A stretch of 64,000 nucleotides of DNA from positions 620,001 through 684,000 of the forward strand of contig OZ287078.1 of the NCBI GenBank assembly GCA_965645245.1. Reading direction: 5' to 3'. Below the pieces are notes generated by a model. It made no database searches and was not told where the DNA came from. It saw nothing but the letters and a program-made list of their open reading frames with translations. Shown here piece after piece: positions 1 through 12,364 of the stretch. The stretch's first letter is position 1. Every line of letters begins with the position of its first letter. The position numbers and the translations under genes are program-made. Origin of the DNA: Massalongia carnosa. Its lineage: Eukaryota.

Positions 1-1557
1 CATCAAGGAGTATGGCACAGCTTTAGAAAACACTGAAGCAACTTCTCAAGCCTTAAAGACTGTCAACTGGAGGCAGGACACAACGGGATAAGATGTGGAT
101 ATGAATATATAAATGACGCTAAAATCCTTAAATTGAGAAAAATTATATGCAAGCGCTGAATTTGGAAGCTAGCTCCCACTGGAATTGATGAAAGCAGCGA
201 TGGTATTATGCGATTGATCTCCCCTCTTTTTGCCCCCATGCATTCCTTTTTCAGGAGCTATGGATAGAGAGTGCGTTGTCCACACGTTCTGATTCATTCT
301 TTACCTTCTCTTCTTTCGAGCACTGAAATTTGGCAACGAGGACTCCAGTCAAACTTCTGCCCACTATATCGCTGATCAGACTTACGATCAGATTCTTCAA
401 AGTCGCGCGATTCCTAAGGAGCCGGCTATATTCACCGGCGCCGCGATTCTTCAACGTCGATTCCAATCATCGGGTTTTCGTACCTCTGGCCATACCTTTC
501 GTATACCCCGCCGGTGAACTCAATCCTGCAGAGGCACTGGTCTTGTCTAGAGTTATCGGGATGTGCCAGCGGAGGTATGCAATAAAGAGGATACAGAGCG
601 TATATACGCTGTTAAGATGTGGGCGGTTTCGGTCATATTAATAGCTATAATGTGGAAGGATCCTGATAATTCCCATGACCATAGAGGTTGATAAGAGAAA
701 ATTCGGATTTCTGCGTTCAGTATTATCATGAAAGAGATACACGGTTGAGTAGAGACATCATCCTGGTATCCCCATGGGGTGTTCTGAAAACCAACGGTTG
801 AATGCGCGCTAGACCTGATCCAACTATTAGTTCACGGGCAAGGGCAATGATGGTGTCATACCAGTGGAGTTGCAAGATCTCACCCGACGATGTGAGGAGT
901 CTTAAGCTTAGTAGAGTCGAGGAAGATATTTCTCATTTCTCCTTTTACACAGCTCATAATCTCTAAGTTTATAAAAAGCGCATAGTAGCTGAGATGGATT
1001 CATTATTACTAGCTTTTCGGGTTATGATCTTGGGATCTTACTACTTCCATTCGTTATATATTTCGGCGGTACTTATTGGTCTATAATGTGTATAATTCTA
1101 AGTTCGTTACCAAAGAAACTAGCTAGCCAACGCATGCAAAGAAGTACGTTCAATACCTTGTAGCATTGCGTGGAGGTCTTTCCGTAGTTACATTCAAATG
1201 ACAAAAGATCTCGAACCAAACAACAGCTAATGGAAATCATTTGAAAACTGCCTTGAGACTCCCCGACAATAGTCTTCTTTAAGCCATCTTACCATGACCA
1301 AGTACTCACAGTTTCGCTCCAGAACGATCACTTCCTTCGACTTCAATATGCCCCTTTACTAGCTTATTCGCTAGAAATATATACTTACGAAACAAGCTCA
1401 ATGTAAACCTCATACCGAGCATAAATCTGGTGAAACAGGCAGCTCAGTCATATTCAGCTAGTAGCAGAAAATTCTAGTGGTTATTCTTCCTTCATTATGA
1501 GAGATCCTCTTTTACTGTGTAGTCGGAGACGCAACCGATTGAAACCTAGGGGTTGTT

Positions 1558-3679
1558 CACCCCCCCCCAAGCTAACCATTATTAGCTAGCTTCCGCATTT
1601 AGCAAATTTGAATTAGTCATGCGAACATCAATTTTTTCTTGACTGTTTACCTTTCAAATGAACTTCATTGAACCTCATTCAAGCAATTTAGACCTCGTCA
1701 ATTGCTGTCTTTCTATATACGGGATTTTTACTGTGATTATGGGGCTCAACGAAGAAGAAATCCCGAGTGTTTCAGACAAATCGCCAATCTCAGCGAAGCA
1801 GCATAAAATAAATCACAAAAGAGGTGTCCAAAACATCTTGATAGTCTACTTCCTCTAAATATACCCCTATTCGTGTTATCAACAGGCCTTTTGTTCCATT
1901 AATTGAAGACATTGCTCGAAGTCCTCTGGAATTATTTTAGTTGTTTATAACAAGGTAACATTGTCGCATCATCGCATATTATACCAATATCAAAGCACAC
2001 GACTACATGGAGAAGGAGAAGGAGAATAATCATCGAAATTGGACTGATACTACTGGCTCGGAAATAGAGGTGTTTTTGGGCATAATACTTCTTATGGGTC
2101 TCAATCGTCTACCTGCTACAGAAGATTATTGGAATCAACGCCCGGACAAGCCAGTCATCATGCCTATTCAGTCCGCTATGTCGCTTTATCGATTTCAACA
2201 AATCAAGCGGTTTTTGAAAATCAACAATGGACGAACAGAGCCTCCGGGACTGGGCAAAGGACCTGATTGGTGGAAGAAACTAGAACCGTTGGCCACTGAT
2301 TTTCGAAAGGCCTCGTTGAAACATTGCATACCAGGAAGCAATATTTCTATAGATGAACAACTGGTGCTATTTAAAGGCCGATCTCGACACACCATGCAAA
2401 TCGCTACTAAAAGTGCTCACAAAGGATTTAAAATCTACAGCCTCTGTCAGGATAATTATTTGTTGTCGTTTTTGTTTGCCTCCAAGACTAGCAAAATATG
2501 TCAATTGAAAACAGCTAAACAATTGGGATTTTTGATGAAGGACGGACTAACTGTCAGTGCTTTGGTGGTGATTCAGTTATGTAAAGAACTTCCATCCTTT
2601 CTAGATTATCATCTTTTCTTTGATAATATCTTTACTAGCACGAAGTTATTCAAGGCACTTCTCAATCGGAATAGCTGCCAGCGGGACTGCTAAAAAGGGC
2701 TCAGGCTTTCCAGAAGAATTGTTGGCCATACGGGACGTCACCTCAAAAGGAAAAGACTGGGGCTTGCAAGCACATATGGTGGTCGATGATGAGGTGCTTT
2801 GTATGGGCTGGGTGGATAATAATGGTGTGCAGTACATGACCACCGGCCACACTCCCCAGGACCTGAACGAAATACACTATATAAATCCATACAAAAGGCA
2901 TGGAATTCCTGAGACCTCACTTCAACCGATTGTACCATATTTTCCATCAACTCTGGCTCACTTCTCTCCTTCGCCCAATCAAGCGGTCCAATGGCCCCTT
3001 GGATTACCAATACCAGCCCCAATCAGAGAATATAACCTCTATATGGAAGGGTCGGATGGAAACGCTCAGCAACGAGCGGTTTATTCATACGATCGTCGTA
3101 CGGATCGTTACTGGTGGCCTTTATTCATTTTTATATTGGATGCAGTCGGACTGAACGCGTTTAAACTTTACTCGATGAACTCTTTCCACCTCGAGGAAAA
3201 AGAGCTTACTCATTCCAAGTTTCTTCGTCAGATTGCCCTCGAATTGGTGTCAAATCAAGCGGGCATCAGGCCCGTTCCACCAAAGGTAAGCATTAACACC
3301 GCGATTAATGCTATAGTAGCACCTCCCGTTCATCATTACGTTCGTCTTGAAAGAAAACAAAGATGTATGCATTGTAAAGTCAACAAAACACGACCTTCAA
3401 AGCGAAAGGGACAGCCACTGGCTGAAAGAGATGTTAATGGGCGAATAAAAAGGCGAAGAGGTGCTCAGACTATATGGGCTTGTGGAGGATGTCATCCAAT
3501 CAGGCCCTGCTGTAGAAAAGCCAATTGTTGGGAAGCTATTCATATGAATTGGGACGAGTAAATGATATAGCTATAAATTTGAACTTTTTGTAAATAGGAG
3601 TAATCAGGTTTATATTGATTGGTCAGATAATTAAGATTTAGCGCTTCTTAACCAATAATGGTTAGCTTAGGAGGGGGTG
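1558..3679 (+). mobile_element. piggyBac-superfamily DNA transposon, full length but transposase disrupted
   Basis: Left end CACCCCCCCCCAAGCTAACCATTATT (from 1558) matches the reverse complement of the right end CACCCCCTCCTAAGCTAACCATTATT (ending 3679) at 24/26. The TIRs enclose piggyBac-type transposase ORFs. No TTAA duplication is visible (left flank TGTT, right flank CTTG). Confidence 0.9.
2007..3561 (+). pseudogene. piggyBac (DDD) transposase pseudogene, frameshifted near 2665; N-terminus (~1740-2006) degraded
   Basis: ORF 2007-2693 has MSLYRFQQIKRFL, SIDEQLVLFKGRS (first Asp), GFKIY and FFDNIFTS (second Asp). ORF 2620-3561 has GIAASGT, WVDN, YNLYMEGSDG (third Asp region), RYWWPLF and a C-terminal Cys-rich finger (RCMHC...CGGC...CC...CWEAIH). 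Confidence 0.9.
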
Positions 3680-3724
3680 CTTGGGTAACAGCGAGAGGGA
3701 TAGCTAAAGCGACTAATCGGGCTA

Positions 3725-3779
3725 GACCCCTTTCGGAATGCAGAGAGTAAGGGGTGCTCTCTGCATTCCGAAAGTGGTC
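3725..3779. mobile_element. 55-bp fold-back mini-element (TIR-only MITE-like) flanked by TA
   Basis: TA|GACCCCTTTCGGAATGCAGAGAG-TAAGGGGTG-CTCTCTGCATTCCGAAAGTGGTC|TA: 23-bp arms with 1 mismatch, a 9-nt spacer, and TA on both sides (Tc1/mariner-type target). Confidence 0.6.
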
Positions 3780-3781
3780 TA

Positions 3782-4662
3782 ACGTATTAGCTACCCATTC
3801 GGGCCAGCCACCCAATCGGGCCACCCCTCAAAATCTAGTAGCCGAATATTAATCTTTTCCTTCCAATCCACCACCATCACTCCTTTATCGATAAAATATA
3901 TATAAAATGCCTAAAAACATACCCGTACATGACTCTGCTACTAGATTACACTTGGCTATTGAAGAAATACGCAAAAACCCGGGCATTTCGCCGCGGGAGA
4001 TAGCGCGCATTTACAGATTTCCCCGATCGACCTTACAGGCCAGTTTTCAAGGCAGACGTAACGCAAAAACCTCCCATGAGGCCAAGCAAAGACTATCAGT
4101 AGAAGAAGAACAGGGCTTGATCACGTGGATAGATCGGATGACTGCATGGGGCTGGCCACCTAGTATTCAACACCTTGAGGGCATGACTAAAAGGCTGCTG
4201 GAAGCAAAAGGGGACTCAAACCCCTAGGACATCATTGGTATAAAACTATTATGAATAGACATCCCCAATTCAAAACTAAATTTAAAAGAAACTTGGATCA
4301 ATCCAGAAAAGACGCAAGTCATCCCTGTAACGGTTCGACCATGCGTGGTGCGGACGGCAGGACCTACAGCGAACATAGCAGGAGTCCCACTTATAGTAGA
4401 ATAGAGCTTGGTCTGCGGACTAAGTATTGTGCCTTTTGGTCGGGAGGACAGGTGGCGCAATGGTAGAAATCTATTCACTATCTCGCTTCGTCACAATCCC
4501 AAAATCCTGAAGGAATGGTTTGAACTGTACATGACCACCCGAGCAAAGTATGGAGTCGCAGATGAAGATATTTACAATATGGATGAAAAGGGGTTTGCCA
4601 TGGGCATTGCGGATAGTTCTAAAGTGATAGTCAAGAGGGAAACAACCTCATCAATATCATGA
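3782..4662 (+). mobile_element. Fot1/pogo-family DNA transposon, 5' half only (left TIR plus truncated, frameshifted transposase starting at 3907)
   Basis: After TA, the left TIR reads ACGTATTAGCTACCCATTCGGGCCAGCCACCCAATCGGGCCACC (ACGT start with an internal direct repeat, as in fungal Fot1/Tan1-type TIRs). The protein has a psq-type HTH (SPREIARIYRFPRSTLQ), a CENP-B HTH (LSVEEEQGLITWI...WGWPP) and DIYNMDEKGFAMG (first catalytic Asp). Frameshift near 4225; homology ends near 4660. Confidence 0.88.
4326..4495. mobile_element. Solo LTR (170 bp) inserted in the pogo transposase
   Basis: Starts TGTAACG and ends CGTCACA (TG...CA with a short imperfect inverted repeat). Flanked by a perfect 5-bp TSD ATCCC (4321-4325 and 4496-4500). 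Removing the LTR and one TSD restores ...SRKDASHPKILKEWFELY... in frame. Confidence 0.92.
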
Positions 4663-4905
4663 ATGCATGACTAGTACCGAGGACGCGAAAGGGGCCAAGA
4701 AAAAAAGCAGAGAAAGCTAAATAAAATAAGAAAATAAAAAAGAGGGGGAAAATCCAGAAGGGATGCGTGGATAAATAGATGGATTAAATCAATGGGTCAT
4801 CAATCCCAAATCGGGGAGCCCTTTTCCCCTTTACCTTTCTATTACCCTCTCAAAGTCCACTCACCCCACCTTGATTCCTTCAAAGACCCATCCTCAAGAT
4901 CAACC

Positions 4906-5010
4906 TTGTAAAACAAAACATTGTAAAACAAAACATTGTAAAACAAAACATTGTAAAACAAAACATTGTAAAACAAAACATTGTAAAACAAAACATTGTA
5001 AAACAAAACA
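4906..5010. repeat. Perfect minisatellite (TTGTAAAACAAAACA)x7
   Basis: Seven exact 15-bp tandem copies. Confidence 0.97.
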
Positions 5011-5967
5011 CCTCTCTACTCCCTCCCTTCTCCCCTCTTCCCCCTCTTCCAGGACCCCTCCCTTTCCCTTCCCCTCGTAAAACCCCTCCATAGAAAGGAT
5101 CCTGCCAACTTGATCCATATGTATGTAGCTTGGGTCCTACCGCTATGCTTTCTTCCCCTCCCTTTCCACAACTGGAGAAAACAAACTCAAAATCAAGCAG
5201 TCAATACGCTAACTTAAGGAACCGTGCCCTCCAGTCGACGATTGAAGAAGGGTTACACCAAAAATGTATTCTCAACAGACTATAAGAGTTTCCACGGCCA
5301 AAATCTCGAGTCCGCGGTAAATAGCTCGTAGGGCGGCGTGCCGAGGACATAACCTGTGACTGTGACGGAGGCGAGGAAGCAGGAGCTAAGGAAGGCGGGC
5401 ATGATGTTGTAGCGGGAAATGGGTCTAGGTCAAGCTTTAGATAGTGTATGTGGATGGTGTAGAAGCTCGGTGATGATGAGAAGAAAGGGTTCATGAGCGA
5501 TGAGAGAGGGGATAGAAAGGAGTACACAGAGGAGACGGAGGGAATATAACGTGTTCGGATATGAAGCCTCGCATATTTACACGTGGTCTGTTTCTTCAGA
5601 TTGGAGATGGAGTTTGCCGGCGATGGGCCGAAAATTTGGGACTTTTCAGTCAGTTGGCGATAAGCCAAGGCAAGATGAAGAGAATTGAGCGAGATTAAAG
5701 ACCAGGAGTATTGATGGGTATATTACTCCTATGAGAATGCCCACTTCACCCCACCAGGGAGGGCGAATGATCTATTTTTGGATTTGAAGATGAACTTTGC
5801 TATGCAGAGTTAACTATAGAAGAAAATCTGGGTTGGAACGTATACACTGATAGTATAGGCAGGAGTCTTTGCTGAATTGCTTCCAATTAAATGCGTAACA
5901 AGGGGGGTTTTTTTTAAACCTCATGAAATTCATCTCATATCTTTCCATTTTCTTCGGTGATAAAAGC

Positions 5968-7064
5968 TTATGGGTATAGAGTTTTGGGATGCCAACATGC
6001 ATACCCCATCTCCAACTAATGATTGTTAGTAGCCACCACCGTCAAGATTCAGAGCGATATCCCCTGGTTGGGTTGTTGCCGGAGGGAAGAATAACCTACC
6101 ATATGATCATAGTCTTTACAGCACCAAACATGGTCAATGTCATCACAAAACGGTGCCCCTTTTCTGTCTACATAGCGCCTATCAGTCAATCATATCTTGA
6201 AAGACAGGTCCACACTGGTTGTATATATTGCTATTCACGGAGAAAGGGAGAATGTTTCTCACATTTATGGCACTTTTTCGGCCACCAAAGGATAAAAAAC
6301 TCGCCCACTAACTCACAACAGAGTGTTTTGTAATCTATGGGACAAATTCTTCCTCGCCCTTTCTTCGGAGCAGGTGAAGACTCGACTGGCTCCTCAACAG
6401 TAACCGGAGTAGGCGTAGGCGCAGTAGGAGGCTGGGCTGGGACCTCACCCGGCATTTCATCCTCTTCCTTAAGCTTACATTCTTGACGTGCGCGAAGCTT
6501 GCGAGATTGGGTAAACCCCTTAGTAGAGCAATCAGTTCCTAATATAAGCTCGTGAGTTCCTAGCTCCAGCGATTTGGTCTTCTCGCTATGGCCAGTTAGA
6601 ATATTTGCTACGCTGTTCAAGGGCGTATTACTGTCGGCGAGAAAAGGATCTGAGCCGGATAGAGAATCGGGCGCTTGGTTCGCGTTACTTATAAAAGGGT
6701 TGCTAGGATCGAAGGAAGGGTTGGATTCTTGGTGGTTGGGTGGGAGAAGAGAATTGTTGGAGTCTGGCGTATTCTGTGTAGCAGCAGGTACATTGTTTAC
6801 GCCGGCTTTATTAGCTGGATATATTACGTTGAATGGGTCACCTGGTTCAGGTAGGGTGGTTGGTGAGAGTGCATCTCCTTGGTTAAGCTGGTCGTTTGGT
6901 ATCTCAGGAGCACCAGCAAAGGGTAGGGTCCCTTGATCGACTGGCTGCCCCGGTGGCTGGTTATCTATTAAAAATGAGGTACTGGCTTGGCTTAAGTCGT
7001 CTAAGAAAGGGATGATATTTGCTGTTGAAAGTACTCCCATGATAGCGAGAAACATAAGACGCAT
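5968..7064 (-). CDS. Secreted protein, ~305 aa: signal peptide, long Asn/Pro/Ser-rich linker and C-terminal 8-Cys hydrophobin-pattern domain. Exons 7064-6263, 6167-6100, 6015-5968
   Basis: N-terminus MRLMFLAIMGVLSTA is signal-like. Introns 6262-6168 (GTGAGA...CTGAT...TAG) and 6099-6016 (GTAGGT...CTAAC...TAG) splice in frame to give ICPIDYKTLCCELVGEFFILWWPKKCHKYRKGAPFCDDIDHVWCCKDYDHMLEMGYACWHPKTLYP*. Confidence 0.82.
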
Positions 7065-10000
7065 TTTAGAGAACAAACATGAGAGCAAGAGTTGGAGATC
7101 ATTAAAGAGATAAAAACCCACTTCCAATCATCAATATGCACTTGCGAATATACTCGCTGTATCTGATCATGATGATTGCTTTTGTTGCGGCATATTTGGG
7201 TTGGTTTGCTGTCCATGTTTGAAACTATATACGGCCGCGAAGAGAGAGACGAGTGAAGAACGGGCCAAATCGGTTTAGTTTGTTCTCTAACAAGCTCCTT
7301 TCTTAATGGACGATGTGCGCGGGACTGAACAGAAGCATGGTGAGGGGCACGGAGAGTTCGTTAGGAGCATATTTCTTTTTACCCCAGGACATTTCGTCGC
7401 AGCACCTGTCGTTGATGCACGTATCTATGAATTCCTGTCAGCTGGGGAAAATGTGGTTCAGTGGCAGACTCAAGAACAAGAATGTTGCAAGAAAGACCTG
7501 CAATGCAAACATAATTTATGCCATTTTTTTAGGAACAGATCAGGAAATTGTCTTCATCCATCAATCGCAATCACTACCGATTTTGATGCACTATATAAAA
7601 CAAATTTTAAATATCAAGAACCGATTACCTATTATCTTCACAAAAGGTTGGCATTGCTTTCTTTTTCTCGTGTTTCATTACACGGGCATAGGTCAGAAAT
7701 AGAGCAGGTTATACATATTGGGCGCGTAGCCGACGTTGAAATATGACAACACCTTCTTGCCACAGACGGCTGCTATCTCCATCTACCGGCAGCTATGACC
7801 CCTCGCAACGATGAAATAGAGTTGTGCATCCCACGTGGGGCAGTTGAAGGCAAGCTTTGCTCCGACGCAGCCACGGATGATAAGATGCAGCTGGTGATGC
7901 AGGGAAGTCAATGCTACCCTGCCACGTCTGAGTCTCTGCATCAGATTTAAGAAAGATGCATTAGTTGGCATATATATCGGTGAACTGATTATTAGGATCA
8001 GATGGCCAATCACAGGACTCTTGATGCTTGTACAGAGTACAGCTGTTCGATAACAACAAAGCATAGAGAGATATCACTTGCAACAGTGAAGAGGGATCGA
8101 GAAAAAGTAAGAAAAAAGTATGAATGATGAATGATGTCTCCCTTGTCTTGTGACCCAGAGATAGCTCACAGACCAAGAGATAGCTCACACTAGTTAAAGT
8201 ACGTGAGGAACAGGAGTTGCCTAGTAGGTACGATATCTTACAGACCCACAAGTTTGCTTCAGTCCACCAGCACCAAAGGTTTTACAAAAAAAGGCAAATA
8301 TGAGGTTGACTAATGTTTTCCACGCAAGGCAACGTCAAATGCCGCCGCTCCTCGTTTCGCTCCTGTTCCTACCCACTGAAGCGAGATACGGACTCAGTAT
8401 TCCTTGTATCAGTCGAGCAGCTGAGGCTTTGAAAGACAGCGTTTTCCATTGGTCTGTTTTCGCTTGGCCGCCGTTGATGGATGAGAGTTCGTGAAGCCAA
8501 GATATTCAACACTCGATATGTGAAGTGGTATGGCTTGGCGGATTCACAGTAATAAAAAATAGAATAAGTGGATGAAAGGCGCTGAGAGCGTACTTGAAAT
8601 GCAAGCTGATGGATACCGCTCATATAAAATCCAACACCAACAGACCGAAAGAGCCTACTATACCAGTGAACGCTACAACTAAGGATGATCAAGAATGGGC
8701 GCACAACAATGGTAATGATATTGTACGTTATCGCTAACAGCATAGTTTCGGGGGCGCTATCAGGACACCAATGTCCGTTCGCTCCTGAACTATTCTCCTA
8801 TATGAAGGCTTTAAGTTTGGCTCTTGTCTTCTAGCAGTGTTTGAACTCATATTCTAGATCACGTTATACAGAGATTTCGTTTTCGCCTTACTGAAATTTC
8901 GCACCAGGTAAGAACATAAGACGACAAATACAGTTTTAGAGGACAAACTTCTTATAAAAAACTACCTTGATAGCATTCAGGTAGCTCTTGGCAGTAGAAC
9001 GACCATGGTTCGTTTTCTTGTTTGAGTATTTAAATGAGCGATCCTTTTGTGCAGATTTGCAGGAAATATATTTACATTTGGTGGAGTTTGGGGCTGATAT
9101 ATATGACTTCTCAATATATGCCTGAAAGGTTCGAAGCTGAGGCTCACCTCAACTTTCGCCTTTATTTTTACTACGATCTTCCAAATTTATTTCAATACCA
9201 TCATTTGCAGCCTATCTCTTTCGCTCTGGGTTAGGAAACCTTCTCGGGTTTTATGGTCTGGTACAGAGGATACTCACTTTCGACAGAAACCAGGTATTCG
9301 ATTTCCACAATCCAAAGCCAAATGAGGATTTTTTGCTTCTTTCTAAAACTCAACACTTCTGCTACACTCAGTCATTACTTAACCCTTAATGAGTAGCATT
9401 CGAGAATGTCCAAAAGGAATTTTTAGCCTGATCTTCATGACTACTACCTGTGCTTTAAATTTCAGCAAAGGTTTCATCAGATAACGATATGAAGATCCCT
9501 GGTTCTCTACAGAATACAACTGAAGGATTGTCGAGTCAAACTCTTGATAAGATAGCAACTTTATCTATTGTCTTAAGATACCGTCGCTTCGTCGACCTTG
9601 AGCTAATCGGTTTCCCGCTTATATTGGCAGCATGGTATATAACATAAATAACAGACATGAAGTAAGTTGTCAATTATCTCAATACTTTTCAGACCACCAA
9701 AATAATTACCAAGCCTGCTCGATTGTGTAACCACCCAGCTCACTTCCGCTAAATCTCGATCAACCTAATGATTTTCACTGCAAAACGCGAAAGCACGGTC
9801 AAGCGTCGAATAAGAGGTGCTATGTTTTAAGCAGCAAATCGTATTTTACAGACAATGTGGACGATTCCGCGCAGGGGTGGTATATACAAAATTAAGCATG
9901 GTCAATCAAGAAAATATTCTATAACGGGTTATAATGCTTTAATAGACTTCCAGAGCACCTGCCACTGGTTGGCGATTAGTGCTCTAGAACACCTTCTGTC

Positions 10001-12364
10001 TAAAACACCGGGTAGTTGTCGCTAGACAAAAAACGCATCTAAACCTCTTTGTACCCATACGGGAACCTATGGCTTGACTGGGAAACGGTACCCCGGATTA
10101 TATTTGGCTAGAGGAGGATCAGTGATAATGAATACAGCTTACCCACTCTAGCTTCTGATAATATCTGGATAGCTTTACTTGACACCCAAATAAGATGCCG
10201 CGCTTCAATGTTTTGGTGGAGAGCAGTCTTCAACAATCCAGGCAAAAATTAATTCGAATAGAATTTGAAGATAGCAAGTGGAACATTAAGCTTACTCCTC
10301 ATATATAAAATATCTGTGTTAAAGTTTTATAATCACTTGAGAGCTGTACCGTGCGGCAGCGTGCGTCGCAAAGTAAAGAGTCAATAAATCTCTTTCTGGG
10401 CTAATCATACCAGAACGCCGTGCTCTCCACAAAAAAGGCCATCGACTGCCATCTAACACAGTGATGAAAAAAATAGAACCTCTCTACTAATTTATAAAAG
10501 CACTGGACAAAAATTGAAGAGAGCTATAGGAAGCTATGAAAACTTTAGCATAAGTCAATCCCGAAAGGACGTGAAAGAGTTCTACATCGCAGCCGCCATC
10601 ATAGATATGATATTGAAAGCTTACTGCTTCATTGTATGATGAATGTTATCCCGGTAAAACCTTAGAGAGCACAGAATTCCTCTTAGACAGCAGTATATGC
10701 GTGTTGTCGTACACCTTGTTGATAGAAAAAAGTAGGGACTCAGGAAAGACCAATTTGGCGCTTACACAGGCTGTTCACAAGGGCCTTCATGGTAGTCTCC
10801 TAAAAGCACAAGGAGCGTTCTAAACGTATATACCGGGAACCCGCCCCAGTCATGGTAAAAAATAGGGTGTGCAAGGATTCATCAGCAGAAGAGAGAGAAC
10901 CGTGGATACTGGCCTTTTAAAAACAGAGAGGGCATCGAAAATGTGTTTTTGCAAGAGCCGTACATTTTGTGCCTAATTGCTCGATCTCTCAAAGAATGGC
11001 TTATGTGTTTGGCTTGAAGAAATATTGTGAATCGCTTCAAGAAACGCTGTATTTGTTGGTTTTGTTTTCATTAATCGATACTTATTGATGGGGACTAAAT
11101 GCTCTTCTTTTACATAAGAAAAATAACGCCTTTCCAGTTTTCACACGATATTGCCATACCTCCTTTCAGCTTTACGTCAAAAGCTATGGATGCTTCCAAT
11201 CAGCCTGGCTCTAGATCACCGCAACGATCGAGAAACGACCTGTCTGGCCTCTTGGGGTTTCTGGGCGTTATTCACGAACAGGCTAAGTTTAGACAAAATA
11301 TCAAAGCAAGCTCGAATTTTCCCTGGAAACCTTCTAAAGGGTGCAAAATACTTGCTCACAATTTATACCTGATGGGCTATTCGGCAGCAAATGACGAGAT
11401 TTCCGGCACGTTTTCAGAAAAGCCAATAATATCTCTCAACCTTTATCTTCTGCACTTTCCGGTTGCGGAATACAAGGTGGCAGGGATCTTATGCAGAAGC
11501 TAGAGCAGGAACGGGGCAGTCGAAAACGGCCAAGAAGCCCTTACCAAAAGACTGAAATCTAGATATTTCTGTATCTGCTGCGAGTTAGGCGGGGCTAGAA
11601 AGTTTCTGTTTGCCTAGATCCATGTTGTATAATATCGGACGATAAGAAGACTGCGTTTTCCATACAAAAATACTCTCAACAGTCACAAATGAACCCAGCT
11701 GTGATTTTTCACTAAAAGATGATTGATCGCGGCCATTTCACGCTGAACCTACAGCTCCCGCTCATGGGAACGAGCTGTTATCCGTCACCGTCATTACTCC
11801 TGATTCCTGTTCATCCCCTTGCTGCGGTGCAGCATCCCATCATTCTCTATTAGCTTCTGGTTCATGTACCACGAATATATACATCTATACTAGATCCCTT
11901 TACAATTCCTCGCAAAATTCCTCATCATTGGAAGCAGCCTTGGATGAAGATATTCTCTTCTCTTGTAAATCGCGAATCCTATTCCTGCGTGCTCACTTCT
12001 CCTATACTCTCTTCGGACATCCGGCTTTTCTGTATATAGGGGCTTAAGTACTTAATTAATCGATGACTGAGACATCGTTAAAACAACGATTGAGTTAGTC
12101 CTGCAGAGGACGATGTAATAATCGGTGGAGTAATTTTTTATGATTCCGGAGGGGTTTTTCTGTACGATCACTCAATTTGCTGTTGCTAATATACCTTCGA
12201 AGGAAACATTGAAGACGAGGAACGACAAGAACTATCGATACCGGCCTACATTTAAATTAAAATCCTGCTATCGCTACAACCCCTCCTTCCAGGGGGAGTT
12301 AAGAATTTTAGAGAGCAAGTGATGTTTTCAAATTTACAGTACAAATTCGAAGTCTTGTGACATG

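Noticed and set aside
2..91. Open frame IKEYGTALENTEATSQALKTVNWRQDTTG* at the window edge
   Set aside because: Could be the 3' end of an upstream gene but is too short to support.
4871..5118. ORFs with (KTKHC)n or (CFVLQ)n repeats, and the superficial resemblance to a CRISPR array
   Set aside because: These are translations of a 15-bp tandem repeat; there are no unique spacers and the context is eukaryotic.
7306..11503. Several 60-146 aa ORFs (e.g. 7306-7746, 8369-8743, 11099-11503)
   Set aside because: No recognisable motifs, codon bias or consistent splice structure; possibly decayed relics.
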